Assembly (NCBI GenBank): GCA_038897715.1
Contig: JAWAVV010000004.1
Span: forward strand, 8,365 to 72,364
From: Desulfurococcaceae archaeon
GTDB taxonomy: Archaea; Thermoproteota; Thermoprotei_A; Sulfolobales; Desulfurococcaceae
Length of the DNA: 64,000 nt
Direction: 5' to 3'
The notes below the pieces were generated by a model that saw only the letters and a list, made by a program, of their open reading frames with translations, was not told the DNA's origin and did not search any database. Positions 10,697 through 20,089 of this stretch are shown piece after piece; positions within the stretch are counted from its first letter, which is position 1, and each line of letters begins with the position of its first letter. Position numbers and translations under genes: made by a program.

Positions 10697-11392
10697 TCAC
10701 CCAATGCTAACGATCTTAATATAAGCAGAACCGCTGGTGAACTCGTTTACTTTATCAATAAATTCTTGTTGTAAACCAGCGGGTATCTCTATTTCGATAA
10801 CTAAACTACCGTCACTCATCCAGTTTTGTTTCTTAACCTCACCGTATTTTGCGAGTAGTTTAAATATCCTACTACCGTGTTCAGGAGGTATTTTAAGCGA
10901 TAAAACTGCTTTAGCTAGTTTAATCGGTATATACTTAGATAGTTTTGAAACAATTTCTTCAACTTGTTGTTCAACTGGTTTAAAAGGATCAATAGAAATC
11001 TTCGCCTGCTCTAGTGCGTTCTCAATTCTAGTTGGAGGTATAGGCATTTTAGTCTTAGGATCTATAGCTGTTTTAGCTATTAGATTAATCAATTGTTTTT
11101 TCTTATCTTCAATAATCTTCTTCCTCTGCTCTGTAGTTAACTGTATTTCACCCTTCCTAACTATTTCTAAAGCAATTTGTCTAATATCTTCTGTTCCGAA
11201 AACGCTTCTCAGAGATTCGGGAGATGCTTTTAAACCCTTTTTAGCATCTTTATATACAAAATCGCTTACAACTAGTTCATCAATATTTACTTCTCTACCT
11301 TCTTTAACTCTCAACGCGAGATCGGGGTCTACTAGTATTTCGAATACATGGTTTTTAGCAACATATCTTGCTATAACGTATTTTTCAGGCAT
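10697..11392 (-). CDS. sdo1: SBDS/Sdo1 family ribosome maturation protein
   Basis: 231 aa. FEILVDPDLALRVKEG N-terminus, typical position between rrp4 and psmA. Confidence 0.9.
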   Translation of the reverse strand: MPEKYVIARYVAKNHVFEILVDPDLALRVKEGREVNIDELVVSDFVYKDAKKGLKASPESLRSVFGTEDIRQIALEIVRKGEIQLTTEQRKKIIEDKKKQLINLIAKTAIDPKTKMPIPPTRIENALEQAKISIDPFKPVEQQVEEIVSKLSKYIPIKLAKAVLSLKIPPEHGSRIFKLLAKYGEVKKQNWMSDGSLVIEIEIPAGLQQEFIDKVNEFTSGSAYIKIVSIG

Positions 11393-11420
11393 ATTTCTAA
11401 ACCCTTAAATTAAAGTGTTT

Positions 11421-12188
11421 TCACTTACGTTTTATCCTACCTTCACGGACGAGTTCATTATAGTATTCACTAATATCTCGAGATGTCATTATTTTAAACT
11501 TCTTCTCATCGACACTAATGTATCCTGCTTCAATATTCTCAGAAGTCACTTCTTCTTCAGTAACTACGTTTACAATAGTTTCTATACCTAGTTTAATAAT
11601 ATCGGTTAGACTTTTTTCATAACTATAGTGTTTCTCAATATAGCTTATAGCTTCATTACTTTTCTCACCAATAGATACTGCATAGTAGCTGAGATATCTA
11701 CCGTTAGGATCTGTTGTAAACAATTGTGTTGTATTATCAACATCTACTCCAGCGAAAATAATTGATACACCGAATGGTCTAACACCAGCGTGTTGTGTAT
11801 ATGCTTGTTTAACATCACATATTTGTTTAGCTAATAGTTCTACAGGTATTGGTTCATCATAGTAGAATCTATGTAGTAAAGCTAATTGTCTAGCATACTC
11901 GATTAAAACTCTACCATCTCCAGCTAAACCAGCATAGCTAGCACCTATATGATCATCTATAATGAATATTTTTTGAACAAGCTTTTCGTCAACAAGAGGT
12001 GAAATCTTCTTCTTATGAACAACAACTACAGCACCATGCTTACTCTTAATACCAATAGTAGTCCATCCTCTTCTAACACTTTCAAAAGCATATTCAACCT
12101 GATATATTCTACCATCTGGTGCGAAAATAGTTATAGCACGGTCGTATGCAGCAGCCGGCGGTATACCAACACCCATAGATAACACCAT
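11421..12188 (-). CDS. psmA: Proteasome alpha subunit
   Basis: 255 aa. YDRAITIFAPDGRIYQVEYA signature. The start may be the internal MGVG. Confidence 0.95.
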   Translation of the reverse strand: MVLSMGVGIPPAAAYDRAITIFAPDGRIYQVEYAFESVRRGWTTIGIKSKHGAVVVVHKKKISPLVDEKLVQKIFIIDDHIGASYAGLAGDGRVLIEYARQLALLHRFYYDEPIPVELLAKQICDVKQAYTQHAGVRPFGVSIIFAGVDVDNTTQLFTTDPNGRYLSYYAVSIGEKSNEAISYIEKHYSYEKSLTDIIKLGIETIVNVVTEEEVTSENIEAGYISVDEKKFKIMTSRDISEYYNELVREGRIKRK

Positions 12189-12242
12189 TAAACGCTAATT
12201 AATAATCATAGTGAAAGGGTTATAAATAAGTATTATTAGAAG

Positions 12243-12345
12243 TGCGGGGGGTGGGATTTGAACCCACGCAGGCCTACGCCAGCGGATCTCTCACAGTTAG
12301 AGAGTCTTAAGTCCGCCCCCTTTGACCAGGCTCGGGCACCCCCGC
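12243..12345 (-). tRNA. tRNA-Leu (TAA) with 18-nt intron at 37/38
   Basis: Reverse strand reads GCGGGGG-TG-CCC..GGG-G-GCGGA-CTTAAG[18 nt]A-TCCGC, long variable arm TGGCGTAGGCCTGC, GTGGGTTCAAATCCCAC-CCCCCGC-A. Confidence 0.9.
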
Positions 12346-12387
12346 ATCTAATAATTACTAGTAACATACTTGGTTTAAATAATTTAT

Positions 12388-12440
12388 AATCAGGTCGTCG
12401 CGAGTTCTTCACAGTTCACGCTGGAGCGGCTTCATCATCT
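12388..12440 (-). ncRNA. C/D box sRNA (2'-O-methylation guide)
   Basis: Reverse strand reads AUGAUGA(C)-AGCCGCUCCAGC(12 nt)-GUGA(D')-ACU-GUGAAGA(C')-ACUCGCGACGAC(12 nt)-CUGA(D). This is the canonical archaeal 12-nt guide spacing. It is a GC-enriched island between rnp2 and tRNA-Leu. Confidence 0.8.
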
Positions 12441-12472
12441 AATACATTAATTCATTAGAGTGTTTTATAAAC

Positions 12473-12964
12473 TTAAGTCTTAGCAACATCTCTATGTAGT
12501 TTATACAGTATTCTACGTGCTTTCTTAATAGTACCCGTTGTTTTCAAAGGTATTATTAAACACTTACTACTATTGATCTCACGTATAAGAGATAGTGTTA
12601 TAACTACAGAGTTTTTATGTAAATTAGTTGTTCTAATAATACCTCTCTGTAAACTATAGTCAAAGTAGATTAACTGAGGATCTGCTTGTATTAAAGATAT
12701 TTCTCCAAAGTATTTTCTATAAGAATCTCTAATAGTTTTCTCTAGTAATTGTTTATTAAAACTACTGTTACTTATTATTGAGAAAACAATATATCTCTTC
12801 CTAATCTTATTGATTTTCTCTCTACTGCTTTCTTTAATAATAATTCCTCTAACAATTCTATTCAACAAGCTTAGCTTTGAACGTAGTTTTAAATAGAGAA
12901 TTAAATAAAGTATAGTTAATACTATTAGAAGAGATAGTAAAATATATGTAATAGTTTCATTCAA
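12473..12964 (-). CDS. rnp2: RNase P protein component 2 (Pop5/Rnp2)
   Basis: 163 aa as the longest ORF. KRYIVFSII...GIIRTTNL...LKTTGTIKKARR aligns with archaeal Pop5 (KRYIAF...GIVRC...VSGTIKRLKR). The first ~30 aa are hydrophobic and the true start is uncertain (in-frame TTG TTG ~33 codons in). Confidence 0.8.
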   Translation of the reverse strand: MNETITYILLSLLIVLTILYLILYLKLRSKLSLLNRIVRGIIIKESSREKINKIRKRYIVFSIISNSSFNKQLLEKTIRDSYRKYFGEISLIQADPQLIYFDYSLQRGIIRTTNLHKNSVVITLSLIREINSSKCLIIPLKTTGTIKKARRILYKLHRDVAKT

Positions 12965-13566
12965 ATACTTACACCATTATATACTAGTATTTCTCTAGGA
13001 TAGATTGTTAAATAGCTTAAAGCTAATCTCTTATCAATACCTAGTATTTGTGATAAAATCAATACAGCAATCTTCGGATTCATTAATTCATACCATTCAC
13101 TAGCTCTACTAGAAACTATTAAAGGCTGTTTAGTATAGTATAGATAATACTTAACTCTCCTATAGATCATTGATTTTAAACTAGAATCAATACTACTGTA
13201 AAAAGTATTTAAAGGTATTTCAATAGGCTTACTATATTGTTTCATTAAACTAAATTGCTGCTTATCCATGTAGTAAACAGTATTCTCATCGAGTATAATA
13301 GTATCAACTCTAGTATCATGAGCAGCCATACGTGATGCTTCAACACTCTTTGGTTTAACCGAAACAATATTCCTCTCTCTCTTAATATTCTTCAAACTCT
13401 TTTTCAATTCTTTTCGACTATCTGTTTCAATAACTATTTTCTTCACAATAACGATATTGCCTCTAGTAATCGGTTTATTGCAGTCTAAATTCTCCACAAC
13501 TACAGCTCTATACTTCATTCTATGGAGTAGATTCAGTATTTCATCATCTATTTTCTTAATCCACAT
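12961..13566 (-). CDS. rnp3: RNase P protein component 3 (Rpp30/Rnp3)
   Basis: 201 aa. AAHDTRVDTIILD, IEIPL, PLIVSSRASEWYELMNP match the Rpp30 PHP-like barrel pattern. The stop overlaps the rnp2 start (TTGA). Confidence 0.75.
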   Translation of the reverse strand: MWIKKIDDEILNLLHRMKYRAVVVENLDCNKPITRGNIVIVKKIVIETDSRKELKKSLKNIKRERNIVSVKPKSVEASRMAAHDTRVDTIILDENTVYYMDKQQFSLMKQYSKPIEIPLNTFYSSIDSSLKSMIYRRVKYYLYYTKQPLIVSSRASEWYELMNPKIAVLILSQILGIDKRLALSYLTIYPREILVYNGVSI

Positions 13567-13584
13567 ATCAATGAATATATGTAA

Positions 13585-14031
13585 TCACCTGATGAAGCCC
13601 TTATTCCTAAGGTATTCTTTAACACTATTTAACTTAGAATAGTGGTTACTAAAAGATATAATTATTTTAATAACATCATCACTATCTTGTAGAACAACAT
13701 TACCTCTATATGCTTCTTGTTTATCAAATCTCAAATATAGTTTTCTCAATCTACTATCGTATCTTAAATCAATTGTTGAAGATATAATTGCTTTATCAAT
13801 ATCGTTAATTCTACTAATTAAGTAATCGAATATTTTCTCAGCATTCTCAACTATCTTCAATGAAATTACTGTAATAGGATTCCCATAGTATCCATGTAGT
13901 TTCTGTTGTTTAAAAACAACTGTATCTCTCATATCTGGAGGTAGGAGTTTCTTAACAGCTTCTAATACTTTAGAACAATCTTCAGTAGCATGACAGTATA
14001 CTAAATACTCTACACTACTCACTCTAATCAT
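13585..14031 (-). CDS. UPF0201/COG1931-type predicted RNA-binding protein
   Basis: 148 aa. VYCHATEDCSKVLEAVKKLLP resembles the VHPTEDeeKV signature of the family. Exosome/RNase P neighbourhood. Confidence 0.6.
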   Translation of the reverse strand: MIRVSSVEYLVYCHATEDCSKVLEAVKKLLPPDMRDTVVFKQQKLHGYYGNPITVISLKIVENAEKIFDYLISRINDIDKAIISSTIDLRYDSRLRKLYLRFDKQEAYRGNVVLQDSDDVIKIIISFSNHYSKLNSVKEYLRNKGFIR

Positions 14032-14036
14032 AAAAT

Positions 14037-14699
14037 CTACTCTTCATTCATTTTCTCGACAATACTCCACGGTTCACGAGCTCCTCTACTAGCTTCATGT
14101 CTCTTACGAAGCTTTCTTTCTTTCTGCTTCTTCTTCCACTTGTGTTTAACAGTATATTTCAAACCACGGCTTTTCCTCAAACCACGCATTTTCTTACCAG
14201 CACTTGTTAATCCACGAAAAACTCTACCTCTATGTTGTTTCTCGCATATCCATTTAATATCGGGGTCTTTACATATACTAGGATGATGTGGATCGACGAG
14301 TATTACTTCAAACCATTTATACACACCGTCTTCTCCAACATAGTAGCTGTTTAAAACCTCGAGATTAGGATATTTTCTAGCAGCTCTCTCTTCAGCGATC
14401 AATCTAAGACTCTTAGCTGGAGCGTATCCGTAAACACCCATTCTCTTAGGTCTACGTCCACTATCAGGTCTTGGTTTTCTCAAACCACCTTTTCTCACTC
14501 GAACACGGACAACGATGAATCCTTGTTTAGCTTTATAACCAAGTGCTCTAGCTCTATTCAATCTAGTTGGTTTAGCAATACGTATAACAGCTGGTTCTTT
14601 CCTCCATTTTATCAATCTCTCTCGAAGTAATTTACCGAAATCTCCTTCATAAGGCTTCTTCCAGATCTCTGCTAAATAATGATACATACTTTTAGCCAT
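14037..14699 (-). CDS. rpl15e: Ribosomal protein L15e
   Basis: 220 aa. [12 protein letters not shown]...[30 protein letters not shown]. Confidence 0.95.
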   Translation of the reverse strand: MAKSMYHYLAEIWKKPYEGDFGKLLRERLIKWRKEPAVIRIAKPTRLNRARALGYKAKQGFIVVRVRVRKGGLRKPRPDSGRRPKRMGVYGYAPAKSLRLIAEERAARKYPNLEVLNSYYVGEDGVYKWFEVILVDPHHPSICKDPDIKWICEKQHRGRVFRGLTSAGKKMRGLRKSRGLKYTVKHKWKKKQKERKLRKRHEASRGAREPWSIVEKMNEE

Positions 14700-14849
14700 T
14701 AGTAACCATCTCGTTTAACGAATAGCTAATCATAGCGTTAACTAAACTATGTGATTAAATAGAATCCGGGGTTTATAAAATTATTCAATTAAAACAGATT
14801 ATTAATACTCATATCTCTAAACTAGTATTTAGAGAAAGGTGTTTATTAA

Positions 14850-16076
14850 TTGCCTCCTCCCGAGAAAGTAATCGGTATTATTGGTAAAACAAATGTCGGT
14901 AAATCAACACTTTTCTCAGCATTAACGCTAGCTACTGTTAAAATAGCTAATCATCCTTTTACAACAATAGAACCGAATATTGGAGTAGGATATGTGAGAA
15001 AGAAATGTATCCACGTTGAACTAGGTTTGGAAAAATGTAATCCGAGAACCGGTTATTGTTTAAAAGGATTTAGATTCATCCCTATAAAACTACTCGACGT
15101 AGCTGGACTAGTACCTGGTGCTAGTAGAGGTAGAGGTTTAGGTAATAAATTCATGGATGATCTTCGTCAAGCAGATGCATTAATACACGTAGTAGATGCA
15201 GCTGGTTCAACGGATCTAGATGGAAATCCGGTTAAACCCGGTTCAATAGATCCTGTTGAAGAAGTTAAGAGTATTCAAAACGAAGTCGATGAATGGTTTT
15301 TCAACGTAGTGTATAGAATATGGGTTAGTAAAATATCTAAACATATTCTAACGATTCAAAACCCCATTGAGTACTTAACTCAAAATCTATCTGGTTTAAG
15401 TATAAGTAAAAACCATGTTGTAGAAGCTATTGAGAACAGTATTTTAGCAGATAAGAATCCTAGAACGTGGAGTACTGATGATATAAGATTATTTGCTATA
15501 AATCTCAGAAGAATTAGTAAACCAATAATAATTGCTGCTAATAAATCGGATATACCCATAGCTGAGGATAATATTAAGAGATTGATCGAATTCTTTGGGG
15601 AAAGAAATGTTGTCCCTGTAAGCGCGTTAGCCGAGTATATTTTGAGGAAAGCAGCTTTAAATAACTACATAGACTATCTTCCCGGCGATAGTTCTTTCAA
15701 AATAATAGATGGAAATAAATTAACAAGTGATCAAATGAAAGCATTGCAGATTATTGAAGAAAATGTTTTGAATAAATATGGTTCAACAGGTGTACAGGAA
15801 TTGATTAATAGAGTTGTATTTAGTGTTTTAAAATTAATAGTTGTATACCCCGTTGAGAATCCGCGTAAATTCAGCGATCATAGTGGTAATGTTTTACCAG
15901 ATGCTTATCTAGTATCTAACAATACTAAAGCTAGAGAATTAGCTTACATGATACACACAGATCTAGGCAATACTTTTCTATACGCTATCAACGTTAAAAC
16001 TGGTGAAAAGCTTAGCGAGAACTACGTGTTAAGAGACGATGATGTGATTAAAATAGTTGCTACAGCTTCACATTAG
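14850..16076 (+). CDS. Obg-like GTPase/ATPase of the YchF/OLA1 group with C-terminal TGS-like domain
   Basis: 408 aa. P-loop GKTNVGKST, NHPFTTIEPNIG, DVAGLV, NKSD. TTG start with AGGTG 9 nt upstream. Confidence 0.75.
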   Translation: MPPPEKVIGIIGKTNVGKSTLFSALTLATVKIANHPFTTIEPNIGVGYVRKKCIHVELGLEKCNPRTGYCLKGFRFIPIKLLDVAGLVPGASRGRGLGNKFMDDLRQADALIHVVDAAGSTDLDGNPVKPGSIDPVEEVKSIQNEVDEWFFNVVYRIWVSKISKHILTIQNPIEYLTQNLSGLSISKNHVVEAIENSILADKNPRTWSTDDIRLFAINLRRISKPIIIAANKSDIPIAEDNIKRLIEFFGERNVVPVSALAEYILRKAALNNYIDYLPGDSSFKIIDGNKLTSDQMKALQIIEENVLNKYGSTGVQELINRVVFSVLKLIVVYPVENPRKFSDHSGNVLPDAYLVSNNTKARELAYMIHTDLGNTFLYAINVKTGEKLSENYVLRDDDVIKIVATASH

Positions 16077-16456
16077 TTTTCAATATCTCTACTAAGATCT
16101 TGTTTTAAAGCACGTTTCCTCCAGTATTCGTAAGCCTTCTTGTAATAATAATCATCTGTTTTTCTCGGACCAAAGTATTCTAAACCTTTCTCTCTAAGTA
16201 TTTCTCTATAACTTCGTGCTTCATCACTAGTTATCTCTCCATTTTTCTCCAAGTAGTCGATTACTTCAACTGCTTCATCTACTGTTTTACATCTTCTAAT
16301 GTAATCATCAACCCTAGGTATGTATCCACGCCAAGGATCATCTAATACGTATTCTTTATTCTCAAACTTAATTGTTAAACTCAATCCTTCGTTATCTAAT
16401 ATTTCACGTGCTAAATTAGGATACTTCTTTCTGAATTCATCAATACTCATTCTCAT
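16073..16456 (-). CDS. Conserved hypothetical protein
   Basis: 127 aa charged helical ORF convergent with the GTPase gene. A DUF2095-like assignment is recollection only. Confidence 0.4.
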   Translation of the reverse strand: MRMSIDEFRKKYPNLAREILDNEGLSLTIKFENKEYVLDDPWRGYIPRVDDYIRRCKTVDEAVEVIDYLEKNGEITSDEARSYREILREKGLEYFGPRKTDDYYYKKAYEYWRKRALKQDLSRDIEN

Positions 16457-16479
16457 GTAGTAAAATACACCGTTTTAAA

Positions 16480-17769
16480 CTATTCATCAAATATTTCATT
16501 ATGTAAAGTGTCTATAAAATAATTTACCTCTGTTTTAACAAAAGATTTTGAAGGAATATCTTGTTTAACTACAGCACCCGGGCTGATCCATGAATAAGAA
16601 CCTATTTTAACACCAGGCATTATTGAAACATGTATACCTGTTTTAACATATCCACCGATAATAGCTCCTAATTTCCTCCTACCACTATCTACTCTCCTCC
16701 CCTTTATATTCACTGAAACCGTTTTCTCATCGAATCTAAGATTTGCAGTAATAGTTCCTGCTCCGAAGTTAGTGTTTTCACACACTATGCTGTCTCCAAC
16801 ATAGCTTAGATGACTAATATGGACATTCTCCATTATAATACTCTCTTTAACTTCTACTGAGAAACCGATTCTAGAACCTCTACATATAACTGAGTATGGT
16901 CTAATTCTAGCATTAGGTCCTATTTCAACACCTCGATCTATGTAAACAGGTCCTTCTATATATGAACCGCTTCTTATAATCGATCCTTCACCTATATAAA
17001 CAGGTGGTTTAATAGTAACATTTTCTTCAACAATACTTTTAATACTATTTTCACACAAGCTCTCTAATGCGATTTTATTAGCATCTATGATATTCCACGG
17101 TAAACCAATATCAATCCATTTCGTTCTATTGCTGATATCTAGAACACGTATTCTACTATGTTTAATAATATTGTTTATTACATCGGTGAACTCCTTTTCT
17201 CCACGTGAACTTGTTTCAACATCTTTATTTTCTAAAATATCTCTAATCCTCAGCTTATATATACCAGTGTTGATTATATTAGATAAAGGCTTCTCGGGTT
17301 TTTCAACAATACTCTTGAGTAAACCATTTTCTATTAATAATACACCGTAATTGCTCGGATTAGGTGAATAATAGCCTACGATAACGTTATCGTCGATAAC
17401 AGCTATATCTCTCAATACACTCCAGTTGCTTAAGAAAATATCACTATATATGATCAAAACATCTTCATCGATATCTTTAATATTACTTAAACCTTTGATA
17501 ACAGCATCTCCAGTACCCAGTTCAGTTCCTTGATCGACGAATTTTATTTTAAGATCAACGTTAAGACTATTAATGTGATTAATTATCTTTTCTTTCAAAT
17601 AGCTAACAACTATGATTACTTCATCTACTAATCTCGTGTTTTCAATAGTTCTAATTATCCATTCAATCAATGGTTTACAAAGTATTGGAATTAACGGTTT
17701 TGGACGAGTATCCGTGATCGGTTGGAGTCTTTCACCTCTACCAGCAGCTAGTATTAAAGCTTTCATCAA
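16480..17769 (-). CDS. Bifunctional sugar-1-phosphate nucleotidylyltransferase/acetyltransferase (GlmU-like)
   Basis: 429 aa. N-terminal LILAAGRGERLQPITDTRPKPLIP nucleotidyltransferase motif. The C-terminal half has hexapeptide (LbH) repeats. Confidence 0.8.
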   Translation of the reverse strand: MMKALILAAGRGERLQPITDTRPKPLIPILCKPLIEWIIRTIENTRLVDEVIIVVSYLKEKIINHINSLNVDLKIKFVDQGTELGTGDAVIKGLSNIKDIDEDVLIIYSDIFLSNWSVLRDIAVIDDNVIVGYYSPNPSNYGVLLIENGLLKSIVEKPEKPLSNIINTGIYKLRIRDILENKDVETSSRGEKEFTDVINNIIKHSRIRVLDISNRTKWIDIGLPWNIIDANKIALESLCENSIKSIVEENVTIKPPVYIGEGSIIRSGSYIEGPVYIDRGVEIGPNARIRPYSVICRGSRIGFSVEVKESIIMENVHISHLSYVGDSIVCENTNFGAGTITANLRFDEKTVSVNIKGRRVDSGRRKLGAIIGGYVKTGIHVSIMPGVKIGSYSWISPGAVVKQDIPSKSFVKTEVNYFIDTLHNEIFDE

Positions 17770-17887
17770 CCTTCATCTCTAATTAAAATATTCGTATTAC
17801 AATACTACTAATACACTAGATAAAATAGTAGGAATAGTGAATTAAATTCTTTTAAAATAGAATATTTGATTAAAATTCGTTGAAACA

Positions 17888-18523
17888 CTAGCGTGAAGTA
17901 GTTGTTTGAACAACTGTAGCAGGTTTCAAACCCTCGGGAGTTGGGATCATTAATAGTTTCGATTTATAAATTTCTACTTTTCTCAAAGGATATATTTTCC
18001 TAGCTTTCTCCGCTATCTCTTGACTCATTTTTCCAAAAACAATTTCGTTAATCAATTCATCAAATGTTAGCTGAGGTACTTTCTCCATAACGTGTTCTTT
18101 CATAATTCTCCTAATAGCTTTCTTCTGACTAGTTTTACATCTATAAGCTGTTAACGCTATTATAGTTAGTCTTAAAACATAGTTATCTTTTGTTTTAACA
18201 TCAAAAATACCCTGTATTTTACTACTCTTTCTCCTTATGAGGCTTCTAATATAATCGCGAGACAACTCGTGTCCTTTGAAACGCGTTATTGCTTTATTAT
18301 CCTGAACATCTATTATTTGAAAAAATAGTTTAACATGAACTTGTGTAATATCACCGGTTATGTCATAGAGAGTTGTCTCCATAACTCTACCGATTAATTT
18401 ACTAGGAGTATCTGAGGGCGTTGTTCCAATAACTATACTACCGAATACTGGTGGTGCTACAACTTCGTACCATTTTTTAAGCTTCCACTTATCTCTAGCA
18501 ACATATTTCTTCTTCGTAGACAA
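17888..18523 (-). CDS. rps3ae: Ribosomal protein S3Ae (eS1)
   Basis: 211 aa. KDKWKLKKWYEVVAP signature. Confidence 0.93.
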   Translation of the reverse strand: MSTKKKYVARDKWKLKKWYEVVAPPVFGSIVIGTTPSDTPSKLIGRVMETTLYDITGDITQVHVKLFFQIIDVQDNKAITRFKGHELSRDYIRSLIRRKSSKIQGIFDVKTKDNYVLRLTIIALTAYRCKTSQKKAIRRIMKEHVMEKVPQLTFDELINEIVFGKMSQEIAEKARKIYPLRKVEIYKSKLLMIPTPEGLKPATVVQTTTSR

Positions 18524-18581
18524 TTCTATTTCCCTTTAATGTAATCAAACTATTACTTATCACATTTAACAATTAATAGGG

Positions 18582-18872
18582 TTATTTAAATATTGTTTTA
18601 TAGATTACATGTATAGCTGTTAGTATTTCATCTAACGTACTACGTATTGTTTTAAAACTACGTCTTGCAGTATCTATTTCAATACGAATAGTGTAAACGA
18701 ATACTCCATTTTTTTCTTCAACGAAATCTTCTATTATAAGACCCGGTACTGTAGCTGAATTATCTGGTTTCAAACTCTTATATAGAGATTCTATGAAATG
18801 CTTATCTCTACTAAATACTATGAGCTTCGAGGAGATTCTCATTTTCACTAACCATACATATCTGATACTCAC
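18582..18872 (-). CDS. Second Pcc1-family (Pcc1-like) small protein
   Basis: 96 aa (or 86 aa from the internal MRISS). LYKSLKPDN...IRIEID..RRSFKTIRSTLDEILTAIHVI has the same pattern as Pcc1. It overlaps the 3' end of the upstream gene. Confidence 0.5.
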   Translation of the reverse strand: MSIRYVWLVKMRISSKLIVFSRDKHFIESLYKSLKPDNSATVPGLIIEDFVEEKNGVFVYTIRIEIDTARRSFKTIRSTLDEILTAIHVIYKTIFK

Positions 18873-20019
18873 TACACTTACTATATGCTTTCTCGAAATC
18901 TTTGTTCACTCTAATGTATTCTCTCAAACTAGTGTATAGTATTTCATTATTCTTTATAATCAATGGTCTACTATCTGGGAGAAGATCCAGGCTTTCGAAA
19001 ATATCTATATATATATCTGGTCTTTTAACTAAATCATTTATTTCAACAACACTATTCTTCTTCTTCAGAGAATCCTTTATACTAATAGATATTTCAACAG
19101 ATACTTCATCGATAAATCTACTATAAGTTATCAATGCCTGATGTAGAATAGTGGTATCATGACTCAATAGTATTGTGTAGACGATATTTCTAAAATCTAT
19201 GTTTGAAAAAACTTCGAGCGCACCTAGACATTCATGTATATCGTAGACACGTCTTTCATCGTGAACTGTGTATACGTATCCTATAAGTTTCAATACTAAT
19301 TTACTCCTATACTCTTGATCTACTAATTCAAAAGATTGTGTTAGTTTTTCAATAAAAATCCTTGTTTTATCTATTTTAGTTTCATCAAAAGAGAGTACTT
19401 GTTCACCTTTAATACTCTCTATTTCATCTATACCGAGAACGTTTTTTAGAAAACCAGTTGTTCGCTGAGGATCTCCTGAATAACCTGGTATGAAAGGAAT
19501 GAGCGTTCTATACATTGCTTTAAATAAACTACTATTCTTCCAACCCCATAGTTTTAAACCAAGATCTACTCCTATATAACCCGTTTTAGTCAATTCATCT
19601 AGTATTTCTTTTTCAATATTTTTGAAACCTTCACGACCTCTATCGAGTCCTCTATAAATACCCGCTATTATCGAAAATATTTTATCCCATTTAGATACTC
19701 CGAACACTCTATCTAAATAATGTGTAATATAGCTAGCTAAACTAAATTCACCATTATATTTCAGCTCAAATAAATTTCTCCTATCTTTAGCAGGTAGGTT
19801 TATTACTAATAATGGTTCATCAACGTTGTCTAAAATAATCTTTGGATCAGTGTTTACTGGACATAGAATACCGTGTTCTTCGAGGTTTTTAGATAAAATA
19901 CTAGCTGTTATTAATGAATCTAGATCAGTAGCTGGAACAATACGTAGAAAATTTTGTTCACGAGCTGTTTTTAAAACAATATCTATATTCAAATCTATAT
20001 CACTCGTTTCTATAGACAA
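18811..20019 (-). CDS. RecJ/Cdc45-like DHH-superfamily protein, apparently non-catalytic (RecJdbh-type)
   Basis: 402 aa. N-terminal IVPATDLDSLITASILSKNL resembles DHH motif I/II, but I see no DHH triad. The rps15 - recJ-like - rps3ae neighbourhood is the conserved archaeal GAN/Cdc45 context as I recall it. Confidence 0.5.
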   Translation of the reverse strand: MSIETSDIDLNIDIVLKTAREQNFLRIVPATDLDSLITASILSKNLEEHGILCPVNTDPKIILDNVDEPLLVINLPAKDRRNLFELKYNGEFSLASYITHYLDRVFGVSKWDKIFSIIAGIYRGLDRGREGFKNIEKEILDELTKTGYIGVDLGLKLWGWKNSSLFKAMYRTLIPFIPGYSGDPQRTTGFLKNVLGIDEIESIKGEQVLSFDETKIDKTRIFIEKLTQSFELVDQEYRSKLVLKLIGYVYTVHDERRVYDIHECLGALEVFSNIDFRNIVYTILLSHDTTILHQALITYSRFIDEVSVEISISIKDSLKKKNSVVEINDLVKRPDIYIDIFESLDLLPDSRPLIIKNNEILYTSLREYIRVNKDFEKAYSKCSEYQICMVSENENLLEAHSI

Positions 20020-20089
20020 TCTATTTAATAATATGAAGAAATATAGTTAAATACAGTTTGATAAAATACTGTTTAATCTAATTATTTCA

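Noticed and set aside
10737-11408. 223-aa ORF antisense to SBDS, plus similar long antisense ORFs (8801-9169, 9475-9786, 10005-10316, 22158-22457, 26548-26865, 30593-31093, 41610-42089, 50002-50433 and others)
   Set aside because: These are shadow ORFs opposite well-identified genes. Their translations are low-complexity and rich in S, L, I and F, and the AT-rich codon usage suppresses stops on the antisense strand.
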